DNA of 64,000 nucleotides from the human T2T-CHM13v2.0 reference genome, Homo sapiens: assembly GCF_009914755.1 (NCBI RefSeq), contig NC_060929.1; one strand, written 5' to 3'. Every line of letters begins with the position of its first letter. Position 1 is the stretch's first letter. The notes beneath the pieces were generated by a model. That model searched no databases. It was not told where the DNA came from and saw only the letters and a list, made by a program, of their open reading frames with translations. Made by a program: the position numbers and the translations under genes. Of this stretch, positions 12,131 to 25,967 are shown in pieces.

Positions 12131-14050
12131 TATTCTATCCACATGGCTAAATAAGACACCTGGTCTTTCCCTCACCCATCCAATTCTATGGCCGGACAAA
12201 GTACATGGCCTAGAAAATTGACATGAAGTCAACCAAGATGGTAAACTATAAGGTAGTCAAAGTAAAGAACTTTAATTGGTCAACACAGAAACTGAAATAA
12301 GTAGTCCTTGTGAAGCTAGGTTAACAAATGGCAATTCAGCTAAAAGCTCTTTTGTTGAGCTTGAGAATTCTTGACTAAGGGGTAGGAGTCATAAAGTGCT
12401 TTATGAGTCATGAGAAGGTCAAAGATCACCTTTCAACTTTTCAAACTAGCCCTGGCTACTTATGGTAGCTTTTCTTTTTTCCCTCCACACACCCTCCCCC
12501 ACCCACCAGTTTCATCGTCTATGTCCACTTCACAGTGTATCTGTAATGAATTTGGATCCATTTCAAAGAATACATAGAAAATCTTCAGCTCCCAAAGCAG
12601 GCTGCTCTGTAGGAGGGAAAGAGTAAGGAAAACACCCTAGGGCAGTTCTTTATTTCCAAAAGATTAAAAATAATTAAACATTAAGATATTCAACATGGAT
12701 TATTGCAGACAGTGATGAATGGCTCTTCTCCCCGTAATGATGCCCTCCTCTAAGCTAATCTTACCCAACCTCATTTCAAAGAAAATGTTGGTTAATGCTT
12801 TATTTGTTTCATTCCATGTACTCTTAAGTAAATCAGGGTTATAATGGCCCTGAATTCATAACAACTAACTGCCTCCCTCTTTGCCTTCTTGGAATAACTG
12901 AGTGTGAAAGAAAGAAGATATTTTCAGAGGCATTAGTACTTATCTGAGAATTATCTATCTACCCAAGTCAGTAAAGCAAAGGCCAGCCACTATGCCACTG
13001 TTGGAAGCCAGAGGTCAAAGCATGAGTATCTCCCAGGCAGTGTGTCTAGCACTGTCTCCACCACAAAATAGGTACTCAAGAAATATTGGCTGCCTGTAGA
13101 AGCAATTTGTTTCCTCTTTCAAAGTGGGAAAGTGAATCCTGTTCATAGGGACAAAAACTAAGATAAAGCAGAGGCAATATTTTTGCTACTGCTCCCATAA
13201 GAGTACTCAGATTTCAAAGGAGCTTGTACATTTATTCAACAAGTGTTTACTAAGCTCCTACCATGTGCTAGACTCTGGATTCCATTGTTCTAATGGCAGT
13301 GGCAGCAAATTGTAAATAAATAATTACTCCATTAGACAGGAGATAGCAGTTTTGTCTCACTTAGATAGTGCTTAGAACATTGAGGTACTCCAGAAATACT
13401 GGTTGAATGGATAACAATACTAAAACAACAACAGCTACAGATTATTTAGAGCATGACACCCCCAAAACTCATGACCTTTAGTTTTAATGCAGCAGTCCCT
13501 TGGAAGCCCAAGGCATTTTGAAGGAATGGTAGGTATTCTTGGGTCATTTACTTTCAACTGTAGAAATGTAACAAAAGCAAGAATTTTAGCCCTACGTCTT
13601 TCTTTCTCTTAAGGTGGTCATGCAGAGAACTTTTTGCACTGGGAAAGTCAGGAGGTTCATTTGAAAGATGACAATTTACCAAAACCATGTAGAGGTTTTC
13701 CTAAGTTCATGATAAATTTCATTTGAAATAAACCTTGATCTTTGATTTAATGATGAGATTGACATTAAATTGAGCAACTTTCACTGCATATTTTATGCTA
13801 TTTCCCTAACTTATCAGCTTCCAATTTGAATTTCCCAGCATGAAGAAACAGGTTTTATTCCATATCCCCGCCAGTGGAGCTGCAAAAATAGGGGTTCATC
13901 CTTAATCAAATCCACTTGGTTACATCTTCCTTTATTCACTCAAGCTAGAAGTTTTCCATTTGGGTAACTGTGATTCCCCTTTCTAACTTGTAGGAATGGA
14001 AAAAGCCCTTGCAATGATGGGCTGAATGGCCACAGTGTATGTAAGTTAAA

Positions 14051-14077
<27 letters not shown>
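14051..14077. repeat. (AC)n microsatellite
   Basis: About 13 AC units. Confidence 0.95.
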
Positions 14078-14081
<4 letters not shown>

Positions 14082-14489
14082 AAATTCTATCCTGTTCAGT
14101 TGCTGTCAAAAAGCAACTAAATGCAGGCTGTATGTAAGTTGGAGCTGGGCCCCTGAGCATCCTGTCCGGAAATATAACTCCCTGACCCTCTGACTAAAGT
14201 TCCTGTCCCTACATAAGCAAGAAGCTGATCCTACAACCCAAGGAACACTCTGAGGAGCAAAAGAAAGATCTACTCCAACAGCTATAGCAAAGACTCTCAT
14301 GGGACTGTCTTCTTAATAACTAAGAAGCACTAGGCCAAGTGTCTGTTGAGAATATTATCAGTACTTTCATTGATCACACAAACCAGATTTCATAAAGGAT
14401 CAAGCTTCTATAAAAAGTAATCTTTGTATGTCTACGCAAGTGCCTACTTTATTGGCTGCTACCAGTGCTTACCCAATTTTTGGAATTCA

Positions 14490-14925
14490 GTAGGTGGGTC
14501 AATAAGGGAAAATGAACACTTCTGTAACAAACAACCCCAAACTGCAATGGCTTAACATAATCAATGTTTAATTCCCACTCATGCCACTGTCTATGAAGGT
14601 TGGATGACTCTCCTGAGTAGTTCTTCTCCATCTGATGACTCAGGGATCCAGGCTCTGGATACTGTAGGAGTGTTAAACTCCTGTGTCACTATCATTCCAG
14701 CATATGAACTCCTTATCTACATGGAAGGAGAAGAAAGACCAAAGAAAATTACCTAGAGAAATTTATGTGAGGCTTGGAAGTAGCATATATCACTTTTTGT
14801 CCCCATTGGCCAGTACCCAGCAAATATCTCCAACCTAACTGCAAGGAAGGGTAGGAAATTTAGATTTCCAGTGTGCCTAGCAAGATGAAAGGAATTGGTG
14901 GGCATTTCCCTAGTCTCTGCAATCA
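14490..14925 (-). mobile_element. MLT1J/K-like LTR
   Basis: CTGTAACAAACAACCCCAAA...GGCTTAACA...ACTCAGGGATCCAGGCT...CCATTGGCCAG...CCTAACTGCAAGGAAGGGTAGGAAATTTAG. Confidence 0.75.
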
Positions 14926-14938
14926 GGTTTATGCCTTA

Positions 14939-15253
<315 letters not shown>

Positions 15254-15369
15254 CGAGTATATGGAATAGCAGAAACAGAAAGATTGTAACATGTTAAAGA
15301 AAAGATCATATTATGTAATGTTTCCTGTAGTATACTAGCAAAAGAATAAAAAATAAACAAGAGGAAGGG

Positions 15370-15572
15370 TAGTTTAGTGGTTAGGAGTATGCATTCAGGA
15401 ATCACCCTGACTCAGTTCATATCATGGCTCTACTACTTATTAGACATGTGATGTTGGGTAAATTGTCCCATTTATTTTTGTGTCAGATTTATCTGTGAAA
15501 TGGAGATAATAGAATCTACCTCATAGGAACTTATTATAAGGATTCCATAAAATAAAATCTTTGAAGCACTGG
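15370..15572 (+). mobile_element. MIR SINE
   Basis: TAGTGGTTAGGAGTATG...GGCTCTACTACTTATTAG...ATCTGTGAAATGGAGATAATAGAATCTACCTCATAGG. Confidence 0.8.
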
Positions 15573-15859
15573 TACTCTGGAGGTAGAAAGAGAGGGCACT
15601 AAAGGGGTTTTGGAAGGACCCAGCCTCTGGGATGACATGAAATAGGAGGTGCTAGTACACACATGGCAGGGGAAGGGGGTATTAGGAAAGCATCCTCAAC
15701 TTGGACCAGGAATTCCCTGGATTTCCAATAACACAGCACTGCCAAGTCAACAATGTCAACTCAACTTGTAAAATATGAAATTGCTTTCTTCAGAAGCAAG
15801 CAGAAGTGCACTCTTGTATGGATGCAGTAAAGTCTCATGCCCCTCAAGGACAGGGAGAA

Positions 15860-16200
15860 AATTGAATCTCAGAACTACTGAACCTAGAGACTAGAGCCCA
15901 TTAGGGAACCAGAGAGTCTCTTCTTTCCTTCTCCTATCTTTGCTTCTCTCTTCACATTTGATTCATATTTTTTTTTCCTTTCTGCAACTGACCTTCTTTG
16001 CTTTGTCATGGTAGAAAATGGTCACTACCAATATTTACATCTATTTTATAAAGGAGGAAAACCAAAACAAACTGGAACTTACACAAATTCCAAGTTCCTG
16101 TGGGAGAATCTAATTGGCCCAGCTTGGTCAGGTGCCACCCTGGGTCCATTCAACTTTGGCCAGGCAGGCAGGTTTATGTCCTAGGAACATGACTTATACA
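15860..16200 (-). mobile_element. Old MLT1 (L/M/N-like) LTR fragment
   Basis: GGGAGAATCTAATTGGCCCAGCTTGGTCAGGTGCCACCCTGGGTCCATTCAACTTTGGCCAGG motif. Confidence 0.55.
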
Positions 16201-16376
16201 GTAATCCTGCATATCAGGACGGGATGTGATATTACTCAAAAGACAGACTGGGTAGACCCTTTCTTCAGGTTTGTGATCACATGTTGTCTTCTGACATCTT
16301 TTATGTATTCCATGATTTTTTACCTTAGTTTTTTGAGTGCTTTTATATCTTTTCTCTGCAATTAGGTTATAAATAA

Positions 16377-16704
<328 letters not shown>

Positions 16705-17217
16705 GTGCTACAATTTTTCTGTTCCACCTAGTATAATGACCTATGCTGGATAGAAAAAAAGTTATTGAATGAATAAATGATTGATCCCAGGGGAGTGACT
16801 TGCCAACTCGACAGCTTTAAGGGTTAGTGTAATACCTATGGATGTCTAACTTCCTTAAGGAAAGTGGTGGTGTCATAAAGAGATGGGGCAGAAGATAATC
16901 TCATGATTCCCAGCTGATTTTTTTAGCCCTCCTTGCAAATGACTGTTTTGAGTCTCTAAAAACTACTAACTACTGCCACTACTAATTACTTTTGCTCATC
17001 AGTCCTTGATGTTGGCAACTTCACTGAATACTTTGACACTTACTTCTTCTTGTCATCCCTCACTCCTAAAACTGAACTTCAACTGTAAACTATAAAAAGA
17101 ATATTTTTTACCTGCATGTCACCATTATGGATACATGTAGTAATAAAACTTACTGCTCACTTAGTGCATTTGTTGCTATAGCACTCAATTCCTATCTCTT
17201 CAATTCTCCTTGCTGCT

Positions 17218-17330
17218 AATTCATTCATTCACTCACTCATTAACTATCCGAGCATCTCCCATGCACACTGGGTATTCAGCAGTGGTTAAACCCATTGCCT
17301 CCCTCAAGGAGCTTACAATTAGGAGAAGCA
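17218..17330 (-). mobile_element. L2 3' end fragment
   Basis: ATTCATTCATTCACTCACTCATTAACTATCCGAGCATCT...TGCCTCCCTCAAGGAGCTTACAAT. Confidence 0.65.
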
Positions 17331-18117
17331 AACAAGTCAGCAGGCAGTTACTGAGAAAGTTAATATCCACCTTTTCCACATTTGTGGTTCTGCAGACATC
17401 ATCTGGGAAATGAAGAAATTTACAAAAAAAAAAAAAAAAATCCCTTCCTTCCATAGCGTCTAAGTAAAGAGAATCATTTGGAAGGCTACAAGTATGTCAT
17501 GGTAAAAATGTGTACCTAATTTAACGAATGCAATTTTATGCATTCTCTATTTGTGGTAACCACAGTCTATATTCCTTTCCATCTGTTTTCAAGTTGAAGT
17601 GTGACCACTGCTAAAGTGAAGGCCCACTTCTTTTTTGTTCTTTCTAGTCTTTTTCCTCCATTTGATTTACTCTCATTGACCCAGAGTTCACTTCCGAAAG
17701 GGCGTATTAATGAAAGTGGGCTCCCCATAGGACTAGGGAGCGGTAAGCATGGCAAGGAGAGATAACAGCAGTCTTAGAGGTCAGCAAAAGAGGGATGTAC
17801 AATTAATTCCACTCCCTTCCCTCATTACAGTGAAAAGTCTGAACACCTTGGAGAATACCACTTGTGGAGGAGAGAAGCTGGCCCTTTACCTTGGCTATTA
17901 GCACTTATTCCTATACCATCATCGAGAGAAAGATAAGTCAGTTACTAATTCTGTCTACTCCCTTCACCCCCAATAATTGACAAGAGATCTCTTTGGAAAC
18001 TCAACATGATACAGCTAGATTCAGGTGAAAGACAGAGGTAGGTGTCAACCTTTTTCCTGCAAATCTATGCAAATACTCTATTGCCCCATCCCTTCTTTAA
18101 AATGTAACTGGAAGACA

Positions 18118-18140
18118 CAACCAACCAACCAACCAACCAA
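18118..18140. repeat. (AACC)n tetranucleotide repeat
   Basis: About 5-6 units, read directly. Confidence 0.85.
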
Positions 18141-19625
18141 AAAACAATACAACACCCTAAGTGCAAATGGAACAAAGACTCTTGGTGTTAGTTAGATGAA
18201 GGATTCCAGTGTGAGGGGTTTTCAAGCTTCTTGCTGGACTTCGAGATCTCCTAGTGCGTATAAGCACAAACTGGTTTTTGCAGTAACTTATGGATCTCAG
18301 AAGGCTGTAGAATTAGCAGGCCTTGCGTGAGAATGTTGTTCCATTATTTACTCACAGTAGTCACATAGAAGCCCACAGGAGCTGTCAAGGCCAGCATTAG
18401 ACTGAGCTTGCAAGCAGAACTGTTCTTTCTTACATCTTGTTCAGAGGCCCTTTCTAAAGAAATCATCACCACATATTTAAAATATGATGGGCTTGGTCTG
18501 ACTTCATTTTGGGTGGTGCAAAACTTTGTCCATTTTTTTCCAATTTGGGAAAATTATAGTACTGGCATTGCAGTTAACCCTGGGAGGCTCGCTCTTTACT
18601 CCCCTCCCACATTTATAGATTGTTCCATTCATACTTAGTTTCCTCTTCCAAAGAAGCATGGATTCATTGTTCCACCATTACACTATTCAGTTTCTGCCAG
18701 TTAAGTGGTAACAGTTTTCAACTGTTTCAGTGATGGCTCTTTTCTTTTTAACTTCTAGAGCCATATACCACAATTCTGAGGTTGGTCATCATTGGATTAC
18801 AGCTGGGATTTGTCTGGTCTAGACTTAGGTGTCAAATACATGGAGAAAAAAGAGCAGCAACAGCCAAGGGCATTCATGACATCTTTGTACACTTCTAAAC
18901 CTCAGTAATTTAGGTTGTAACCCTGTTAGAAATAATCTGCAAGTGGTTTTCAGAAAAATATTTATTAAATTTTAAACAACTACATTTGTTAAGTTTAAGA
19001 CAAGCATACATGATGTGCTTTTTTTCCCCAGAATCTATGACAAATAACAAAGGATGCCATAGATGACAAGGTAAACCTCTGTCCTATCATTAGCAAGACT
19101 GAAGTCCATATCAGTTGTGAGAAAAGAATGTAATTTGCGTTTAAGTGCCATTTATAACTTGTTTCTTTCATACTTGCAGCCTAAGTTGCAGAACTTTGAA
19201 GGTTAAATGTTTAAAAGCTGCTCAAGTATTTTATAACATCTGAATTTTAGGAGAGTATGCACTTTTTTCACAGTTATGTTTAAGATATCACTTTAAAAAA
19301 AAAGGACTTGTAAAAGGAGTTCTTCATATACCCCAGGTAAGGTAAAAGTCATTTAATGGCTGGGGACACTGAGTCAGAGGTCTCAGTGGACAATTCTCTC
19401 TGCTTTCCTTTGAGACTCTGTTTCTGGCATTGTCCTGGCCTTCCCAGCATCTCTACTATCAAGCCTGGGGACAAGCCCTACAATTCAGGAATTAGCTTTT
19501 TGGCCAGCAAACACCTAGATCTATTCCATACACCATCTGGACCTCAGTTGAACAGCATTTGGGGGGAGCTTTTGAAAATGGGAAACGAATGTTGCTTTGT
19601 CTGTTCTAAGTCAAAGAACTGAAGA

Positions 19626-19934
19626 GACCAGGTGCAATGTCTCATGCCTGTAACCCCAGCACTTTGGGAGGCCGGGGCGGGGAGATCACGAGGTCAGGAG
19701 ATCAAGACTATCCTGGCTAACATAGTGAAATCCCATTTCCTACTAAAAATACAAAAAATTAGCTGGTTGTGGTGGCACGCATCTGTAGTCCCAGCTAGTC
19801 GGGAGGCCTAGGCAGGAGAATCGCTTGAACCCGAGAGGCGGAGGTCACAGTGAGCCAAGATCACTCCACTGCACTCCAGCCTCTGTGACAGAGCAAGACG
19901 CCATCTCAAAAAAAAAAAACAAACAAAAAAAAAA
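19626..19934 (+). mobile_element. AluSc-like, full length
   Basis: GATCACGAGGTCAGGAGATCAAGACTATCCTGGCTAAC plus A-tail. TSD core CTGAAGA. Confidence 0.93.
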
Positions 19935-20119
19935 CCTGAAGAGGCCACCTTCAGCAAAGGCTAACAGTCTCCCTGCAGGAATGATGCACCCTAACCCCAG
20001 GGGGTATTTACACTTCAATGCTGCCTGGATCTCCTGCCCGAGGTATAGATGAGGATACAACCACATCCCAGCTCACTCTATAGGTCCCTGAATTCTCTTT
20101 TGAGTGGTTCCTCATATAC

Positions 20120-20350
20120 TCAGTGACTGATATTAGACAGACATGAGTTCTAATTGCAACTCTACCACTTACCAGCTGTGTGACCTTATGCAGGTCACTT
20201 CTTTCTGAGCCTCTGTTCCCTCATCTGTAAATGAGGATGATAATAATGGCACTTAACTCTTGGAGTTATTGCGAGGATTATTGAGATGATACATGCAAAG
20301 TACTTTGTACAGCATCTAGCATACAATAAAAGCCCAACAACCATCAGCAG
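20120..20350 (+). mobile_element. MIR SINE
   Basis: CTCTACCACTTACCAGCTGTGTGACCTT...CTGAGCCTCTGTTCCCTCATCTGTAAATGAGGATGATAATA...GAGGATTA. Confidence 0.85.
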
Positions 20351-21405
20351 TTATTATAGTAATCAATATGCATCTGGGAAAGAGTCCATTTGCTTTGCAG
20401 GAGAAATCATTAAAGTCATAGATTCCCTCATTTTGACACAAAACACCTAGGGATGTTGTGAATGGCAAAGTATTTGTCAGGACTAAAGTTCGCTTCTTTG
20501 ATTGATTCCTGATCTGAGAAACAAACACTCAGTGCACGTTGGGTTGGAATATTGCAGCTTTCTGATTCAAAGCAAAAGTCCTCAAAATCAAGGTAGCTCA
20601 GAAATCTAATAATTCTCTCCCGTGAGACCCTCATCAGTTCTTCCTCTGAAAGGGCTCTTGACTCCATTCCTTCACCTTCCTCACTGCCTTCATAGAAATG
20701 TGATGACCTCTTCCTCATCTCCTTGACTGACAGACAGCTCTACGTCCAGGCAGCTGAGATAGAAAATACTCAATGGACTCAAGATATAGTAATTTGAAAA
20801 TCCACATTTAAAATTTTTCATTGCTAAGATTTTTTTTTTTTTTGGTCAAAATATTTACTGCATCTGTTATTTCAAATAACTGTAAAGGAGGAAAGAGATT
20901 TGTGTGTTTGTCAAAAGATGGGAGAGTAGGTTAAGAAAGGACTAGAAGCTCTGCCTTAGCAGGGCACACAGGGCTACTACTAAACTGCCTTGTCAGGCTC
21001 ACCTGTTGAAACTCCCTCTACATAGCCCATCATCAGCCTCGCTGAATTATAAATTGCGTGGCCTAGCCCTGCTCTTTTCATCCTTTCTGTCTTTACAAGC
21101 TTAGTTGCAACTATCTCTGGAATGATCTGCCTTTAGCCCCCTATCCAATTATAAAGCCTCAATTCAAATATCATCTCACAAGAGGAATAAATTTGTAGAG
21201 AGAAGAATCTGGGTTTGAATCCTGGCTCTGCTTTTTCCTGGTTCTTTGACCTTGAGCAATAACATTCAGTTTTCTCATCTGTATGGAGTCCTAAGAGCTC
21301 AAGCTCCACGTTGCTGGGAGTAAAAATCTAAGCACTTAACATAAATCTCTGACTTGATTGCCTTCACCCTGTCCCTCTCCAAATCAGTTTAGGGGCTATT
21401 TAGTT

Positions 21406-21436
21406 TGTTGCTGTTGTTGTTGTTGTTGTTGTTGTT
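21406..21436. repeat. (TTG)n microsatellite
   Basis: About 10 units, read directly. Confidence 0.9.
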
Positions 21437-22339
21437 TCTAACAGATTCTCCCTCTGCAACTATTGTTGGGAACTTCTAAGGGAGATTGTTGAACAGACTC
21501 TAGGTCCGGACCCAGCTGGTCCACAAAGTTCACTTGGAGGCTGAGATCTTGCCCTTATTGTTACTGCTACCATTATTTCAGTCACCTGAAAGCAACTGAC
21601 TTTTCATTGCCAGTTAGAGCAACTGTCTGCCAGTCAGGAGAAAATTCCACCACCATCCTTGCTGCCATCTGGTTCCTCCATGCTCAGGCCTTTGGGCAAT
21701 ATCATCACTGTTTCTTAACAGTTATTTTTGAAACAAAATAGAAAGCTCTCATCTTTTGGTCTGTGAAGGATTGCCTCCAAACAATGCTTATTGAGCTTCA
21801 AAGTTTTGCAGCTTTTCTTGTTCTCCAGATTGTGGTTGATTATAAATACAGAGTACACCTGTATGCAAAAACCCCACGTACTCTCTAAGCCTTACACCTT
21901 GGTCAAATTTTAACTGAGTCAACTCAGTGGGCCAGACACCTGTTCCCCTTTTGGCAGGTTTCCTCCTAAGGGCTCTCCAACTGTTCCCACCTGAGAGTTC
22001 ATTGTTCCCACCTGAGTTTAAGTTCTTCTTACATCTGAGCACTTCAGGGCCTCCTCTGCAAATCAGCATATGCGAATAGTTGCTTGGGGGTTGCAGGGAC
22101 GGTATTTTGTTTCCTCTCAACATCAAGCATCACCTACCATCAAGTGAGAATCTATGTAACATGTAAAACTATGGTAATAATGCGTACCTAATGAGGGTCT
22201 GGGAATGAAAAATTAGATTATATTAAGTGAGGTAACATATTCAAAGTGCCTCGTGCAGTCGCTGGTACGAATTATAGCTTATGTATTATATAGTACATAT
22301 TATAGTGCATTCGCTAGTACATATTATAGTTTATTCTTG

Positions 22340-22580
22340 GGCAGATCCAAACAACCAGTTTCCTGAACTTCACAGTGAAAGATCTCCCTTCTCTGTGTTT
22401 TCACAGGAATTAGTAGGTTTCTCTCTCTGGCCCTGATCATATTGTGTGTAACGTATCTCTCTCTGTGTTACGGAGGCCCATGTCCTCTCATTTCTGTATT
22501 CTTACCACTCTCCCTACCATTGGCTGAGCACAGTGCCTGGTATATCACAGCCCCTTAGAAACTCTGGAGTGAATGAGTTA
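22340..22580 (+). mobile_element. L2 3' fragment
   Basis: GCACAGTGCCTGGTATATCACAGCC...GGAGTGAATGAGT. Confidence 0.5.
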
Positions 22581-23129
22581 AGAGAAAAGGTCAAAAACAA
22601 CTAAATTCCAATTTTTCTTAGAAAATAACAATGTCAGCACATCTTTAGAAGCCTGTGCGTTCTTTCCCAGCTACCTTGTAAGTGATTCCAGGTGAAGGTG
22701 TTTAATTATTTTTGAGTCTCTATTACTAAGCCCCAGCGTCCTATACAAGGTACACTCAATGGCTGTTTGTTGTTGATGATAATTAAATTAATGCTTCCTC
22801 AACTGTCTAACCCATGACACCATTCTAGGCATTATCATTAACCTAAATCCCTAAACACCTAGCTCTCAAATAAACAAACACAAATGTCTGCAGCACCTTA
22901 TTGCTGACCCCACCAAATGGCAGTGCAGAATATGTGGACCTGTTGTCTGGCTTGCAGGTGAATCTCCTCTCCCACTGGTTCCCCAGGGAACTGTGTTAGC
23001 CCAGCGCCTGAAGGAGGCTTCGGTTCCCAACTTAACCCCCGATGACATGAGTGCTTTCAACATGGGAATCCAGACAGCCATATGCAACCAGTGGCTACAT
23101 GAGAACTTGAGAGGCACCCAGCCAGTGCG

Positions 23130-23605
<476 letters not shown>

Positions 23606-24944
23606 GTGGGTAGACTGGCCTTTGGAAACTTTGACCTGGGTCATCCATCAGGGCTCAGTTAAGACTTTTCTAAAGGGATTGGTCTATTGTGTTACAGGGG
23701 ATATGGAACCAAGGAAGGGGGAAGGACACCCAAGGGAGTGGTGGGGCAGCATTCTTAGGAATGGGATCTGTTGGTGGAAGGGGGATATGATAGGCAGAGA
23801 TGAGTAGGGTTGAGGGACACAGAAGATGAAGGTGAGAGCATACCCCTTACCACTGAATTCAGGAAACTCGGGAGCAATGTGAGGTATGACGTGAATAATG
23901 ACGGAAAAGGTGACTGCAGAAACAAGGCTTTGAGGAGAAAGGATGGGGTGGGGGCAGGCAGGAAGTCTGAGGAAGCTACACGGCAATTCAGGAAAGGCTG
24001 CTGCGGAGGGTCAGCCCTGGGGATTTCCAGTGTGCATGGCAGGAGGGACTTCCGAGCCAGGGTAAGTGGTTCCTGCCTGAATACACGGAGATGGGGTCCT
24101 GGCTGGGTGCTTTCTTGTTTCAATAGGAAAGTTGTGACTGTCACCGGGAGACAGAAGAAGTGAGGTGGCACAGGTGCAGTATTGGCCACCTTGGACACTT
24201 CACTCTGAGAGCGCAGGAATAGTTTGAGTTAATTTAAAGAAAAGCAAAATAAGAGAATGCGACTCAGAATGATCTATTAACAGGAAAGAAATTTGATGCT
24301 GATGGATGTTTGCCATGGTTTCGTTAGATGTTTTTACAGAAGTGGAGGAAAAAATACCAAAGCCAAATTGTACCTAGGCCTTTGATTCTGCACAGAGGCC
24401 TAGGGGTGAAGCCCTGAAGGTATTGGCCATGCCAGATGGGTGTTCCCCAAATGGGGCAAAAAGCAAGGACTCAGGTGTGGGCAAAAGCAGTCCCCTGACA
24501 CAATGGAGTCTTCATGGGGATGGGCAAAGCTCAGCCGCAGGCTGTAGAGAAGACACAAAGGAGCTGGGAATATTTCTAGAGAGAGGAAGAAGACTCATGA
24601 CATTCTACTCCAAACTCTGTGCTGGTCCACTGGACCGCGCAGCCCCTCTTTGACCTCTTGGCAGGGCATGTGGGAACCTCTGGGTGTCTGTGTGCCCTGC
24701 CCAGGCCATGAGGAATTGGGGATGCCACAGCAGGCCCTTCAGCATGAGCCCACCAATAGCCTCAGTCCCAAAATGCACTGGGTGTGGCACTGAACCGAAT
24801 GGGGACTTCCCTAGAGACTTAGAGCCACCCACAGCCATGCTGCTAGAAGGAGGCCACTAACCCTGATAACCTCCAGGTTGCTTTTACCAAACTGAATGCT
24901 TCACAGCTCCCCCATCCCAAACACCCTTTGGGGTTTGGTCCTGA

Positions 24945-25505
24945 GGTAACACTGGTTACCTCCTCCTTTCTTTCCTTCTAACAGAACCCCGATTTTATTG
25001 AGGTATTCCCCCACTGTTTAACACAGCCCATGTACCTGGAAAAATCTGACCTTACTCCCAGCCCCAGGAGTGGCTGGGTATAAGAAAAGTCTTATTTTCC
25101 TTGTCTTTTTGTTCAGGAATGGCCATGTGACCTAATTCCAGCCAGAGACACATGAGGGGAAATCATCTGAGTAATTTTGGAGAAACTTGCCTCTCCTCCA
25201 AGAAAGATCTGCAGAAAGGCATATTCTCCCTCCTTCCTCTGCAGCATTGCCACGTCTGGTATATTTCCAGAACTTCTGTAGCCATCTTGCTACCGGCATG
25301 AGGATGAAGCCAACATTAAAAGTGGGAGAAAGGAAAGATAGTAAGAGGATGAGTCTTCTAAGATATTGCTGAGCAATTGAATCAACTAACTCTGAAGTCC
25401 ACTCCACCCCTGGATTTTCAATTTACCTGAAATAATACACTTCTTTGTTGTCTAAATCAAGCCAGAGTTTCTTCTACTTGTAGCTGAAAGTGTTCTAATT
25501 GTTAA
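24945..25505 (+). mobile_element. MLT1I/J-like LTR
   Basis: AACAGAACCCCGATTTT...GGCCATGTGACCTAATTCCAGCCA...GCCATCTTGC...ATGAGGATGAAGCCAAC...CTACTTGTAGCTGAAAGTGTTCTAATTG. Confidence 0.7.
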
Positions 25506-25873
25506 AATTCCCAACAGGAAGGCAAAGCATCTGAACAGATCTTTTTCATTCATTTCCCCAAACCCTCAAAGAATAGAAGAGTGGTTTCCACTTGCTATTT
25601 CAGTCTCTTAGGGGTTCCTCCTATCATACCCTCCTCCCTCCTGAATTGGAGTTTGTTCCTCTTTGTATCTCCAGTACGTGCACCATGGTTAGGATTTCTG
25701 TTTAGTTGATGTAAATCCGAAAGGAAGAAGTTGTTTGATGCTGCGTAATACAGGAAAGGGAAGCAGAGGGAAGGAAAGATTGTGGATGACAACTCTACAC
25801 AATCAAAGATGAGAATTGTGCACAACTCAAGATGCTGAATGTGAGGGAGAGCCATGGCACACATTCCACAGTG

Positions 25874-25939
25874 AAAATCCAAGGCACCTTTCAAACCTAA
25901 TGTCTCAAAATCCAAGGCACCTTTCAAACCTAATGTCCC
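25874..25939. repeat. 33-bp tandem duplication
   Basis: AAAATCCAAGGCACCTTTCAAACCTAATGTC(T/C)C twice, with one mismatch. Confidence 0.95.
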
Positions 25940-25967
25940 AGTGTTTTTTGGGATTCTTCCTATGAAG

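Noticed and set aside
22291-22330. Direct repeat TAGTACATATTATAGT, twice
   Set aside because: An AT-rich slippage duplication at the edge of a MIR remnant, with no sign of function.
23690-24200. Overlapping 100-147 aa ORFs in a purine-rich segment
   Set aside because: No homology is recognisable. The segment may be a highly decayed antisense L2, and I could not support either call.
24373-24404. 12-bp-stem hairpin CCTAGGCCTTTG...CAGAGGCCTAGG
   Set aside because: It is too short for a pre-miRNA, has no supporting context, and is partly self-palindromic, so chance is plausible.
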